Assembly (NCBI GenBank): GCA_963735805.1
Contig: CAVTMK010000003.1
Location: forward strand, 96,001 to 160,000
Direction: 5' to 3'
Source of the DNA: an uncultured Verrucomicrobiae bacterium
GTDB taxonomy: Bacteria > Verrucomicrobiota > Verrucomicrobiia > Chthoniobacterales > UBA10450
Length of the DNA: 64,000 nucleotides
The notes beneath the pieces are model-generated. The model was not told the origin of the DNA. It saw only the letters and a program-made list of their open reading frames with translations, and did not search any database. The first letter of the stretch is position 1, and each line of letters begins with the position of its first letter. Positions 29,725 through 39,111 of the stretch are shown piece after piece. Position numbers and translations under genes: made by a program.

Positions 29725-30099
29725 ATGAAAGTCTTAACCATTGTTGCCCGGGTCCTTCTTGGATTGATCTTCGTTTTTTTTGGTTCCAACGGATTGCTGC
29801 ATTTCCTTCCGATGCCACCCCTCCCGCAAGGTGTGACCGGTGAATATTTGCACTCGTTTTTCGCCAGTGGCTACGTTTACGTCATCAGCGGGTTTCAAGT
29901 CATTGGCGGCTTGCTTCTCTTAATCGGTCGCTTCGTTCCGCTGGGCCTGACAATTTTGGCCGCAATCATAGTAAACATTTGGGCGTTCCACCTGTTGATG
30001 GCGCCCGAAGGATTACCGCCGGCAATCGTCGTCGCCGTGCTCGAACTGTTCCTGGTGTGGTCGTATCGCGATCGCTTCGCCGGAATTCTGCGGCCCTGA
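29725..30099 (+). CDS. DoxX family membrane protein
   Basis: ARVLLGLIFVFFGSNG, four TM segments, NIWAFH. Confidence 0.8.
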   Translation: MKVLTIVARVLLGLIFVFFGSNGLLHFLPMPPLPQGVTGEYLHSFFASGYVYVISGFQVIGGLLLLIGRFVPLGLTILAAIIVNIWAFHLLMAPEGLPPAIVVAVLELFLVWSYRDRFAGILRP

Positions 30100-30108
30100 T
30101 CTGGGACC

Positions 30109-30576
30109 ATGGCTACTACACAAAGCAACGACAAAACAGCCGACGTGGTCGTTCGCGGCGACGCCCGCAGTTTCAAACAGGAGGTTGATGTAGGTAAACA
30201 TCACGTTATCGCGGACGAACCGGAGAGCGCAGGCGGTAGCGATGCAGGGCCCGATCCATACGATTATCTGCTAACATCGCTCGGGGTTTGTACGTCCATG
30301 ACGGTCGGCTTATACGCGCGTCGGAAGCAAATACCCTTGAACAACGTCACGGTTTCGCTCTCGCACTCGCGCATTTATGCAACGGATTGTGAGGAATGTG
30401 AAACGAAGGAGGGAATGCTGGACCGAATTGACGTTGAAGTCGAACTGACTGGATCATTAAGCGCAGAACAGCGCGCGAAGCTAATGGAGATTGCCGGGAA
30501 ATGTCCGGTTCATCGCACCCTCACATCGGAGATCAATATTCGCCTCCGGCCTGCTCAGAAGCCACCTGCCTCGTAA
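30109..30576 (+). CDS. OsmC family protein
   Basis: DEPESAGGSDAGPDPYDYLLTSLGVCT, KCPVHRTL. Confidence 0.92.
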   Translation: MATTQSNDKTADVVVRGDARSFKQEVDVGKHHVIADEPESAGGSDAGPDPYDYLLTSLGVCTSMTVGLYARRKQIPLNNVTVSLSHSRIYATDCEECETKEGMLDRIDVEVELTGSLSAEQRAKLMEIAGKCPVHRTLTSEINIRLRPAQKPPAS

Positions 30577-30584
30577 GCACTGCT

Positions 30585-30662
30585 GTAGCCGCCTCGCTGT
30601 GTCGAGGCGTGCGTATGGCATTGATCCGCCTCTTAGGCACGGCGACACTGCGCCGTGGCTAC
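30585..30662. repeat. REP doublet (REPIN-like), family B
   Basis: GTAGCCGCCTCGCTGTGTCGAGGCG ... CACGGCGACACTGCGCCGTGGCTAC. Confidence 0.85.
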
Positions 30663-30818
30663 AGCGCCGGGGCCCACGACTACCTGCTACAGCAAGCGCA
30701 CCTGGAAATACGCGCGGGCAACTGGGATCACACGAAGAAATAACGGCTTTACGTCGCTATTTTGAGAGTCAGAATTAATTTCGGAGGGATCAAACAGATC
30801 AACGGTTGCATCGAATAA

Positions 30819-32363
30819 ATGAAATTCCTCGCGGTCCATCCCAGCTGCCTGATGTATTCGAAGATTTATCTTCGGCTCGAACCACTCGGCCTCGAACTTG
30901 TTGCTGCTGCTGCACGGCGCGCAGGCCACTCTGTTCGCTTGATGGATTTGCAATGCGAACCACACCAGAATTTCTTCCGCTTGGTCAAAAGCTGGCAACC
31001 GGATGTCATCGCGTTTTCGGTTAATTATCTCGCGAACGTCCCCGAAATCATCGATCTCGCCCGAGCTACGCGTGCCCTGTTGCCAGAAACATTCATCTGC
31101 ATCGGGGGACACAGTGTGTCGTTTATCCCCGAAGAAATCTTGCGACACGGTGCGGGCGCCGTGGATTGCGTGCTGACCGGTGAAGGCGAAACGGCGATTG
31201 CCGGTCTGCTCAATGCTCTCGGTCAAAGTCGGGAAAATCTGAAGAATGTTCCTGGATGTGTCACACTGAACCATCGCAACCCGCCGCCCGCGTTCGTGCA
31301 TTCACTCGATGATCTCTTACCTGCACGCGACCTGGTTCAACATCGCCACAAATATTTCATCGGCCAGTTAGACCCGGCCGCTTCCATCGAGTTTAGCCGG
31401 GGCTGTCCGTGGGACTGCGTCTTTTGCAGCGCCTGGACGTTTTACGGACGCAATTACAGAGTAAAAACACCCGAATGCGCCGTCGAGGAATTGGCGCAGA
31501 TCCGCGAGCCCGGAATTTTTATTGTAGACGACGTGGCCTTCATTCAGGCGGAGCACGGAATGCAGCTTGGTGAAGCAATTGCTCGACGCGGGATCCGGAA
31601 ACGTTACTACCTCGAAACACGTGGGGACGTGTTGTTGCGCAACAAAGAGGTATTCCAGTTATGGAAGCGGCTAGGCCTGAATACCATGTTCCTGGGCCTC
31701 GAAGCGATCGATGAAGAGGGATTAAAACGCTACCGCAAACGCGTGACGCTCTCTAAAAATTTCGAAGCACTGGAGTTTGCACGCTCGCTCGACATTTCGG
31801 TGGCTGTCAATATCATCGCCGATCCCGCATGGGACCGCGAACGGTTCAAGGTCGTGCGCGATTGGTGCATGGAAATCCCCGAGGTCGTCAACATCAGTAT
31901 TAACACGCCTTATCCCGGGACAGAAACATGGCACACCGAATCGCGTCGTCTCACGACGCGGGACTACCGCCTATTCGACATTCAACACACTGTGTTACCA
32001 ACCAAGCTGCCATTGCCGGAATTTTACAAGGAACTCGTCGAGACACAGCGCGTGCTTTCCCGCAAGCATCTCGGCTGGGAGGCGCTGCGGCACTGCGCAC
32101 GGATCGTTGTCCGCCAGTTGCTTCGTGGGCAGACCAATTTCATCCGAATGCTTTGGAAGTTCGACAGCGTCTATAACCCGGAACTCCAACTCGCCGATCA
32201 CCGCCAACCTGTAAAATACGAAATCAGCCTGCCACCGCCTTCCGTTACCAGCGTGGAGCGAGGCGCGATGTACATTCACAAGAATCGCGGACGAAGCGGA
32301 CGACAAATCGATCATCACACGGAAGAATTTGTTAACGCAACGAGAATGGGCGTCGGCGATTGA
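30819..32363 (+). CDS. hpnR: Hopanoid C-3 methylase (B12-dependent radical SAM)
   Basis: N-terminal B12-binding domain (LRLEPLGLE, NYLANVPE). Radical SAM motif SRGCPWDCVFCSAWTFYG. YYLETRGD, FDIQH and GQTNF segments are ones I recall from HpnR. Confidence 0.85.
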   Translation: MKFLAVHPSCLMYSKIYLRLEPLGLELVAAAARRAGHSVRLMDLQCEPHQNFFRLVKSWQPDVIAFSVNYLANVPEIIDLARATRALLPETFICIGGHSVSFIPEEILRHGAGAVDCVLTGEGETAIAGLLNALGQSRENLKNVPGCVTLNHRNPPPAFVHSLDDLLPARDLVQHRHKYFIGQLDPAASIEFSRGCPWDCVFCSAWTFYGRNYRVKTPECAVEELAQIREPGIFIVDDVAFIQAEHGMQLGEAIARRGIRKRYYLETRGDVLLRNKEVFQLWKRLGLNTMFLGLEAIDEEGLKRYRKRVTLSKNFEALEFARSLDISVAVNIIADPAWDRERFKVVRDWCMEIPEVVNISINTPYPGTETWHTESRRLTTRDYRLFDIQHTVLPTKLPLPEFYKELVETQRVLSRKHLGWEALRHCARIVVRQLLRGQTNFIRMLWKFDSVYNPELQLADHRQPVKYEISLPPPSVTSVERGAMYIHKNRGRSGRQIDHHTEEFVNATRMGVGD

Positions 32364-32391
32364 TTACACGGTCCGCGTGAAGAATAGAATT

Positions 32392-32446
32392 GGAGGGCGA
32401 CCGCTTCGGTTGTCGGATAGTTTGGCAGGCGAAGCGCCCGCCCTAC
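32392..32446. repeat. REP doublet, family A
   Basis: GGAG-GGCGACCG-CTT-CGGTTGTC ... GGCAGGCG-AAG-CGCCCGCC-CTAC. The right arm nearly equals 28696-28718. Confidence 0.8.
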
Positions 32447-32461
32447 AACTTTAATGGCTCG

Positions 32462-32761
32462 ATGAGTGCGACGAGGAAGAAATCACCAAAGGCGCGTCGA
32501 TGGTCTGGTGAAGTTACAAAGCATAGCAACGCACTCGATCTCGAGACGGACGTCTTCAGGCAAAAGGACCCACATCGCATTGCGCTGTCGTTGAAACGTT
32601 CTGCCGAGCGGAGCAAGAGACGCAAAGGCACCCCATACCAATCTGCGATGTCGATGTTGAACTTTTATATTAATCGCGCCGGGAAAAATCTGCCTCAAAG
32701 ACAAAAGCAGATCTTGGAGAACGCTAAAGACGCACTTCGGGAAATCTTTGGCCGTTCCTAG
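32462..32761 (+). CDS. DUF3175 domain protein
   Basis: RWSGEVTKHSNALDLE, IALSLKRSAERS, SAMSMLNFYINRAGKNL. Confidence 0.88.
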   Translation: MSATRKKSPKARRWSGEVTKHSNALDLETDVFRQKDPHRIALSLKRSAERSKRRKGTPYQSAMSMLNFYINRAGKNLPQRQKQILENAKDALREIFGRS

Positions 32762-32871
32762 GTGCAACGCGTTGTCCACAACGCGTTGGCAAAACAGATG
32801 CGGCTCTGCCGCCTAACACTTGCGCCTTTGGCGATTCGTTTACCATCGTCTTCGGGAGAAGCCGATCCACC
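32761..32871. repeat. GTGG-type REP-like doublet between convergent genes
   Basis: GGTG-CAACGCGTTGTCCACAACGCGTTG hairpin at the left; reverse-strand GGTGG-ATCGGCTTCTCCCGAAGACGAT hairpin at the right. Confidence 0.55.
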
Positions 32872-32902
32872 TTGGAGCGTTCACGGGAGTTGACTACGTT
32901 TC

Positions 32903-33604
32903 CTAGTCCCACCCTTCTGCCAATAGAGCGCGTGTTTCTTCCACTCCTGCGCCCCAGATCTTCATCATCTCTTCGTCGTCGCGTTGATAACGCCCGCCAA
33001 AATTGCCGTCTTTGAGGTAATCCCGCAGGGACTTCGGATCGAGACGCCGCAGTTTGTTCGAATCGCTCATCGGTTTCTGCTCGCGGGGCATGTCGATCTT
33101 TGCCAAACGCGTCCACGGGAAATTTTCCATCCATGACGCGTGAGACGCGACAGAATCGATCGCTTCTACCTGCGCCCAGACCTTTGGAGCGTTCCACCAA
33201 TTATGAAATTTGACCCGCACACCCGGATGATCGGCCATCCATTCGGCAACCATCCCTTGTGCAGGCGCGTTACCACCGTGGCCGTTGACGATCAAAATTC
33301 GTTTGAACCCCTGCTCTGCCATCGCATCGAGAATGTCGCGGACGATCGACATGTGCGTTTCCAGGCGCAGCGTGACCGTTCCCGGGAACGCGCGAAAGTA
33401 CGGCGTGACACCGTAGGCCAGCACAGGAAAGACAGGCACGCCCAACGGATCCGACGCTTCGACGGCCAACCGTTCCGCCAAAATACTGTCTACGCTCAGG
33501 CTCAGGTAGGCGTGTTGTTCAGTACAGCCCAGCGGCAACACCGCGCGATCATCGCGCTTCAAATATTCTTCCACCATCATCCAGTTCATTTCGCTGATTC
33601 GCAT
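32903..33604 (-). CDS. Creatininase family amidohydrolase
   Basis: LPLGCTEQHAYL..D, VNGHGGN, HASWME. Confidence 0.9.
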   Translation of the reverse strand: MRISEMNWMMVEEYLKRDDRAVLPLGCTEQHAYLSLSVDSILAERLAVEASDPLGVPVFPVLAYGVTPYFRAFPGTVTLRLETHMSIVRDILDAMAEQGFKRILIVNGHGGNAPAQGMVAEWMADHPGVRVKFHNWWNAPKVWAQVEAIDSVASHASWMENFPWTRLAKIDMPREQKPMSDSNKLRRLDPKSLRDYLKDGNFGGRYQRDDEEMMKIWGAGVEETRALLAEGWD

Positions 33605-33700
33605 GCTCTAAGCTGATACGGTATTTCACGAATTCATGCAGATTTCGTAAGGATTTGATAGACGCGCATCCCTTTCACCATCCGAACTACCTGATGAATC

Positions 33701-33961
33701 ATGGAACGCGAAAAGATTATCTTCCTACGAAACCTTTTCCTGCGAGCATTTGTGGTTGGCATCCTCTTCGCTCTTTTCTACTGGCTTGCCACCTTGGCGT
33801 TATGGCAGGCCTATACCCCGTGGCTTATGGAACGTTTTAAGCTGGACGAAAAAGATTTGGGCGCGTTGACTCTGAACTTTTTTGCCAACGTTCGAATAGT
33901 GATTGTCTTTTTCTTCCTTGTCCCTGCCCTGGCCTTACACTGGACGGCCAAGAAACTCTGA
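33701..33961 (+). CDS. Hypothetical two-TM membrane protein
   Basis: 86 aa, two hydrophobic helices, ending VPALALHW. Confidence 0.7.
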   Translation: MEREKIIFLRNLFLRAFVVGILFALFYWLATLALWQAYTPWLMERFKLDEKDLGALTLNFFANVRIVIVFFFLVPALALHWTAKKL

Positions 33962-34069
33962 CATGTAGCCGCTGCGGACACGCGTATGGCCATCAAACCT
34001 AACGAGCGGTAACGCATTTCATCTCAAATTGGAGTTGCAGATTCGGGACGCATACGAAAAATCGATCTC

Positions 34070-34573
34070 GTGAAACTTTGGAAATGGGAACCGGAAAACC
34101 TGCCGTCGATCATACATTCAATTCGAACGGCTGTTGCGGCGACTATCTCGCTTGCGGTTGCGCGCCTATTCGGATTGCCTGAAGCGTACTGGGCTGCGAT
34201 TGCAACGCTCGTGGTCATGCAATCGACCCTCGGCGCGACTCTGCTCATTTCGGTGGAACGCGTCGTTGCTACTGCGCTGGGTGCTCTAACGGGAGCGCTC
34301 CTGGCCACCTGGTTTACCCAAAATCCCTTTGTCTTCGCCGGCGCGGTGTTTGTCCTGGGACTTTTGTGCGCCACTCTTCGCATAGAAAAAAGCGCATATC
34401 GTTATGCCAGCGTCACGCTCGCCATCATCTTGCTCATTCCGCGCTCGAACGCGGCCTGGATCATTGCGCTTCACCGCTTCTTCGAAGTCTCGGTTGGAAT
34501 CGTGGTCGCCTTGGCGTTAGCGGCTTTGTGGCCGGAGCGTCAACCCCAGTCTGTGAAAGAAAGCGCAGAATAA
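34070..34573 (+). CDS. FUSC-like/aromatic acid exporter membrane protein
   Basis: IRTAVAA, YWAAIATLVVMQ, RFFEVSVG, WP. Confidence 0.82.
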   Translation: MKLWKWEPENLPSIIHSIRTAVAATISLAVARLFGLPEAYWAAIATLVVMQSTLGATLLISVERVVATALGALTGALLATWFTQNPFVFAGAVFVLGLLCATLRIEKSAYRYASVTLAIILLIPRSNAAWIIALHRFFEVSVGIVVALALAALWPERQPQSVKESAE

Positions 34574-34654
34574 ACAGTGTGGCGGCTTGTCGTGTGCAAC
34601 CTCTTTGAGTTTGAAGCCGACATCCGCCTCAGGCAGACCACTACAGACAATTCG

Positions 34655-35584
34655 TTAGCCGACGCGCACAACGCGCGGATCGTCAGGGCCCGTTGAGGCG
34701 AATTCTGGAAATTCTTGTGGATGCAGGATTCCAGCGAGGATCTCAAGACTATCGACAATACGCGGTCCCGGACGCGCGAAATACGCGCTCGCGTCCACGA
34801 GGTAAACGTCACCGGCAAGCGTCGCGGGAAGCGAGCCAAAATCAGGAAAATTGCGAAGCAACTCGTAATCGCACCGCGTCCGACTGATATCGTAACCGCA
34901 GAGAGCGAGCACCATAATTTCGGGTTGCACCTCGATGACCTGCCGCCAATCGACTTGCGTCGAGGGTCGATGCCTGCGGCCTAACGGATCATGGCCGCCG
35001 GCAATTTCCACTAGCTCGGGTCCCCAATGACCCGAGCAAAAAGGCGGTTCTATCCATTCCATCAGAAAACAACGTGGTCGATGCAAGATCCGCTGTGCCC
35101 TTCGCCGTACAATTTCCACGCGTTGGGATAGATCGGCGATCAGTTTTTCCGCGCGCTCTGGCACGCCGCACATTTCCGCGACGCGTTGAATATCATCGAA
35201 TATCTCCGAGAGGCTTGTTGGCTCCAGGTTCACCACTTGTGGCGGCCCCGGCAAGGTATCGGCAAGCCGCGCAACCGTGCCATAGCCAACTGCGCAAACA
35301 TCGCACAACTTTTGAGTGAGAATTACATCGGGCCGCAGGTCACGCAAAAGCGGCTCATCGATAGTGTAAATTGTGCCGTTGTCACGCAACGCTCTGCGTA
35401 CCCACTGATCGACTTCACCACTCGCCAAGCCAGCCTTGTGTACCGGACAATGTGTAACACGCGGCCGCACATTTGAATTTTGCGGGTAATCACATTCATG
35501 CGACACACCCACCACCTGTTCCATCAATCCAAGTGCGGCCGCAATCTCCGTTGCAGCGGGCAAAAGCGAAACGATCCGGAGCAC
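34655..35584 (-). CDS. BtuF-like cobalamin/Fe-siderophore binding protein
   Basis: RIVSLLPAATEI, VGVSHECDYP, LTQKLCDVCA, YFARPGPRIVD. Confidence 0.85.
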   Translation of the reverse strand: MLRIVSLLPAATEIAAALGLMEQVVGVSHECDYPQNSNVRPRVTHCPVHKAGLASGEVDQWVRRALRDNGTIYTIDEPLLRDLRPDVILTQKLCDVCAVGYGTVARLADTLPGPPQVVNLEPTSLSEIFDDIQRVAEMCGVPERAEKLIADLSQRVEIVRRRAQRILHRPRCFLMEWIEPPFCSGHWGPELVEIAGGHDPLGRRHRPSTQVDWRQVIEVQPEIMVLALCGYDISRTRCDYELLRNFPDFGSLPATLAGDVYLVDASAYFARPGPRIVDSLEILAGILHPQEFPEFASTGPDDPRVVRVG

Positions 35585-35706
35585 TTTTTACTGTATTCAG
35601 TTTCCAGTTACGAGAATAGGAAAACGAGTCAGAATAGGACAAAGAAGAAAAAGGGTAGGCAAGTTAAAGAATCGGATCTGGCGAATTGTGGGCGTGGGCG
35701 ATTCCC

Positions 35707-36366
35707 CTACAAAACACCAACCGCCTGCGAAATCAGCAGTACAACGATGGTGAGGGAAATCAAAATCTGGATCATCGCCAGGACTTTAGCCCAGCGCACC
35801 AACAGTGGCGCGTCGGTTGGACCAAAGGTGGAGCTTTGCGTGAAGGCGACAAACAGATAATCGATAAAGCGTGGTCGCCAGCGAACACACTCAAATTGTC
35901 CGCGTTCGTCATGCGGGATCTGCATTTGCGGAAAAAGAAAGCTTGTACTGCCAAACTTCTTTTCTTTCTGGCGCAAAGTCGGACCACCGCCGTCGAGCCG
36001 CCAGTACCAGAGCGCAAAGACGATCACGTTCGTAAGCCAGAGGAGTCCTGCTGATCGCAGCAACTGCAGTGGCGGCTCTCGATGACCAGGCAGCGTGCGC
36101 ACAAGCAGAATCACTGATCCTATAAGGGCCAGCGTGGTGATGCCATTGATGATAAATCCAAGCGTGCGATTCAGTGACTGCTTACCGACGTGATGGCTCA
36201 TCATTGTGGGCACAAGCAAAACGACGATTAGAGTCGGTATTAACCAAACCGGTCCGACCACCAGGTTGCGCGGCAGCGCCAGGTAAATTGCGCTGATCGC
36301 CAGAAAGGCCAGCACGGCCTGACCTCGCGGTTCGGGCTTGTCGATATGTTCCGGCAACGCGGGCAT
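35707..36366 (-). CDS. Membrane protein (DUF1345-like)
   Basis: WLTNVIVFALWYW, FLFPQ, WRPRFIDYLFVAFT..STFGPTD. Confidence 0.7.
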   Translation of the reverse strand: MPALPEHIDKPEPRGQAVLAFLAISAIYLALPRNLVVGPVWLIPTLIVVLLVPTMMSHHVGKQSLNRTLGFIINGITTLALIGSVILLVRTLPGHREPPLQLLRSAGLLWLTNVIVFALWYWRLDGGGPTLRQKEKKFGSTSFLFPQMQIPHDERGQFECVRWRPRFIDYLFVAFTQSSTFGPTDAPLLVRWAKVLAMIQILISLTIVVLLISQAVGVL

Positions 36367-36538
36367 CAGCTCAGGCTATAACCAAAATCTCGCGATAAAG
36401 CTATCTCATAGGTAGGTGCATTTGCTTCCCATCGCTTTTACCAATTCAATGTCGCGCAATTGTTGACAATGCTGAATCCAAGATGGACAACCGGTGCATC
36501 CTAGCTACAGGAGACGGTCCAACCGCTGACTCGGATAC

Positions 36539-38362
36539 ATGTTTAAGCGCATTCTCAAATGGTTCGGCGCAATCGTCGCGGTCGTCGCGATCGTCATTGC
36601 AGTCTTTCTTATTAACTTAATTTGGTTCCGACCATGGAGTCTGAATCTGTTTTACGAAAAGGTTTTTGCCGAAATTCTCTTCGATCACCCTGAGATACTC
36701 TCGCAGCTCGGCTTGGTGGAGCAATTCGGCTTCACCAGTCACAACGGAAAGCTCGACGACGAATCGCCTGCGCATCAACAGCGCGAATTCGGCATGTGGA
36801 AGCGGGACCTGGCGCAACTTCACCAGTATCCGCTCGACCGCCAATCGGCTTCCCAAAAGCTTTCCACGCGCGTGTTGGATTGGTTTCTGCAAGTACAAGC
36901 TGAAGGCGAAAAGTGGCAATGGCACGATTATCCCGTTAATCAGCTCTTCGGAGTACAGAATCAATTTCCGTCGTTCATGGCGAATACGCACCGGTTGTTG
37001 AGCCGAAAAGATTGCGATTACTACGTGATGCGGCTCGATGCGTTGCCAAAGAAGTTCGATCAAGTCCTCGATGGTTTGAAGATTCGGGAACAAAAGCAGA
37101 TTCTGCCGCCACGTTTCGTCGTGGAAGAAGTTCTTAAGGAAATGACCGATTTTATCGGCAAACCTGCTTCGGAGAATATTCTGGCTACATCGTTCAAGGC
37201 CCGCGCTGCGAAGATTGATAAGTTGACCGAGGCAGAGCGGGCCAACTTTCAAGCGCGTGTGGAATCGGCAATAAGCAGCAAAGTCTATCCGGCCTACCAA
37301 AAACTGATCGATTACTTTCGTGAGATTCTGCCAAAAACAACAACTGACGATGGCGTCTGGAAGTTGCCTGATGGCGACGCGTTCTACGCCTATAAGTTGC
37401 GCGAGAATACCACCACAACCCTCCAGCCCGATGAGGTACATGAGCTTGGCCTGCGGGAAGTGGCTCGCATCGAAGGGGAAATGCGAGCAATTCTCGATGC
37501 AAACGGATTTGCCGGTCAGCCGATCGGCGAGGCGATGGACAAGCTCGCAAAGGATCCGCGTTTCCTTTATCCAAACGATGACAAAGGTCGTGGCGATGCC
37601 CTGGCGAGATACGCGGACTTGATCAAACAGGCGACCGAACGTTCATCGAAGGAATTATTTCTCACTACGCCACGCGCGAAGATCGAAGTGCGACGCGTCC
37701 CGGAGTTTAAGGAAGCAACAGCGCCGGGAGCGTATTACGATATTCCTGCCATGGATGGCAGCCGTCCCGGCATTTTTTTCGCGAATCTGCGCGACATGAA
37801 TGAAGTGCCCAAGTGGAGCATGCCGACACTCGCGTATCACGAAGGCGTGCCGGGACACCATTGGCAACTCTCCACCGCGGAGGAACTCAAAGGCGTGCCA
37901 CAATTTCGTAGAGTGCTGCCGTTCACAGCGTACTCAGAAGGCTGGGCGCTTTACTGCGAATGGCTGGTGAAACAAGTCGGGTGGTACGACAACGATCCGT
38001 TCGGAGACCTGGGACGCCTTCGTGACGAACTTTTCCGCGCAGTCCGCTTGGTTGTCGATACGGGCATTCACGCAAAGCACTGGACCCGCGAACAGGCGAT
38101 CGCTTACATGCGCGAGAAAACCGGCATGGGCGAGAAAGAAGTTAAATCCGAAATCGAACGTTACATCGTGGCGCCTGGTCAGGCGTGTGCCTACAAAATC
38201 GGAATGCTAAAAATTCAGGAATTGCGTGCGCGCGCACAGAAAGAGCTGGGAGACAAATTCGATCAGCGCGAGTTTCACGATGCCGTTCTCAAGAACGGCG
38301 CGCTGCCTCTCGAGATTCTTGACGAACAAGTAAACGATTACATTCACCACAAGAAAGCGTAG
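36539..38362 (+). CDS. DUF885 family protein (putative metallopeptidase)
   Basis: LPDGDAFY, AYY..P, TLAYHEGVPGHH.Q, AYSEGWALY.E, RLVVDTGIH, PGQACAYKIG. Confidence 0.92.
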   Translation: MFKRILKWFGAIVAVVAIVIAVFLINLIWFRPWSLNLFYEKVFAEILFDHPEILSQLGLVEQFGFTSHNGKLDDESPAHQQREFGMWKRDLAQLHQYPLDRQSASQKLSTRVLDWFLQVQAEGEKWQWHDYPVNQLFGVQNQFPSFMANTHRLLSRKDCDYYVMRLDALPKKFDQVLDGLKIREQKQILPPRFVVEEVLKEMTDFIGKPASENILATSFKARAAKIDKLTEAERANFQARVESAISSKVYPAYQKLIDYFREILPKTTTDDGVWKLPDGDAFYAYKLRENTTTTLQPDEVHELGLREVARIEGEMRAILDANGFAGQPIGEAMDKLAKDPRFLYPNDDKGRGDALARYADLIKQATERSSKELFLTTPRAKIEVRRVPEFKEATAPGAYYDIPAMDGSRPGIFFANLRDMNEVPKWSMPTLAYHEGVPGHHWQLSTAEELKGVPQFRRVLPFTAYSEGWALYCEWLVKQVGWYDNDPFGDLGRLRDELFRAVRLVVDTGIHAKHWTREQAIAYMREKTGMGEKEVKSEIERYIVAPGQACAYKIGMLKIQELRARAQKELGDKFDQREFHDAVLKNGALPLEILDEQVNDYIHHKKA

Positions 38363-38369
38363 GATTATT

Positions 38370-38438
38370 GTAGCCGCCTCGCTGTGTCGAGGCGCTATCG
38401 ATGAATTTTCAAACACGGCGACACAGCGCCGTGGTTAC
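38370..38438. repeat. REP doublet, family B
   Basis: First 25 nt (GTAGCCGCCTCGCTGTGTCGAGGCG) are identical to 30585. Right arm CACGGCGACACAGCGCCGTGGTTAC. Confidence 0.85.
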
Positions 38439-38453
38439 AACGAAAGCAGCCCG

Positions 38454-39053
38454 GTGCGCAAGATCCTGATCACGTTTGGAATTCTCATCGCACTTGTTGT
38501 TGCCATATTGGCAGCCTGGATTTTTGGTGGACGCCAGATTTCATTGTTTCTCGATCGTTTCGGGACGATTGAAATGACCTCAGCGCGAATTAAATCGATC
38601 GCTTATGAAGGTGGCGGGACCGGCGGTATCCTTCACGTTAACGATCTTGAACTGAGTCTAAATGACCGGAATGGCCCGTCTCCCAGCGTCGGAACAACAA
38701 AAAGCGATCAGCTAGCGTTGGCAGACCAGGGAAAAGTTTTCGCTTTCGGTTCGGTGAGCTCAGAGGCCAAAAAACTCGCTACTGCTCCGCCCGCAGATGA
38801 CGATGCTTTGATCGAAATTCGTCGGAGCGTGCTCAGTTGGCCAACGCCATTTGAGCTCAATTTTATGACAGGCCAATCCCCATCATGGAAACGTCATTTG
38901 TATTATCGGTTGCTTTGGAAAAAGCCCTCCGGCGCGAAATTGGAAATGGTTTGGCGCTATGAGCAATACTTCTATCCGGGCAACGGCTGGGCAAGCGGAT
39001 TCATGACCCGCCAAGGTTCTACGGGCCTGATCCAACTGAACATCAGTCCCTGA
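38454..39053 (+). CDS. Hypothetical membrane-anchored protein
   Basis: 199 aa with N-terminal TM helix; no recognised motif. Confidence 0.7.
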   Translation: MRKILITFGILIALVVAILAAWIFGGRQISLFLDRFGTIEMTSARIKSIAYEGGGTGGILHVNDLELSLNDRNGPSPSVGTTKSDQLALADQGKVFAFGSVSSEAKKLATAPPADDDALIEIRRSVLSWPTPFELNFMTGQSPSWKRHLYYRLLWKKPSGAKLEMVWRYEQYFYPGNGWASGFMTRQGSTGLIQLNISP

Positions 39054-39111
39054 AACCGGGCAGCGCCATCGAGAAACTTGTCTATCGAGCAGATAGCGGC
39101 ATCGTTTCGAC

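Noticed and set aside
30819..32363. BchE anaerobic Mg-protoporphyrin cyclase
   Set aside because: No photosynthesis genes are present and the motifs fit HpnR better.
35585..35706. Cobalamin riboswitch upstream of the BtuF-like gene
   Set aside because: No B12-box or conserved core is visible; the region is short and purine-skewed.
26342..38438. Recurring 25-nt palindromic repeats as a CRISPR array
   Set aside because: They are dispersed inverted doublets kilobases apart, not regularly spaced direct repeats, and there are no cas genes.
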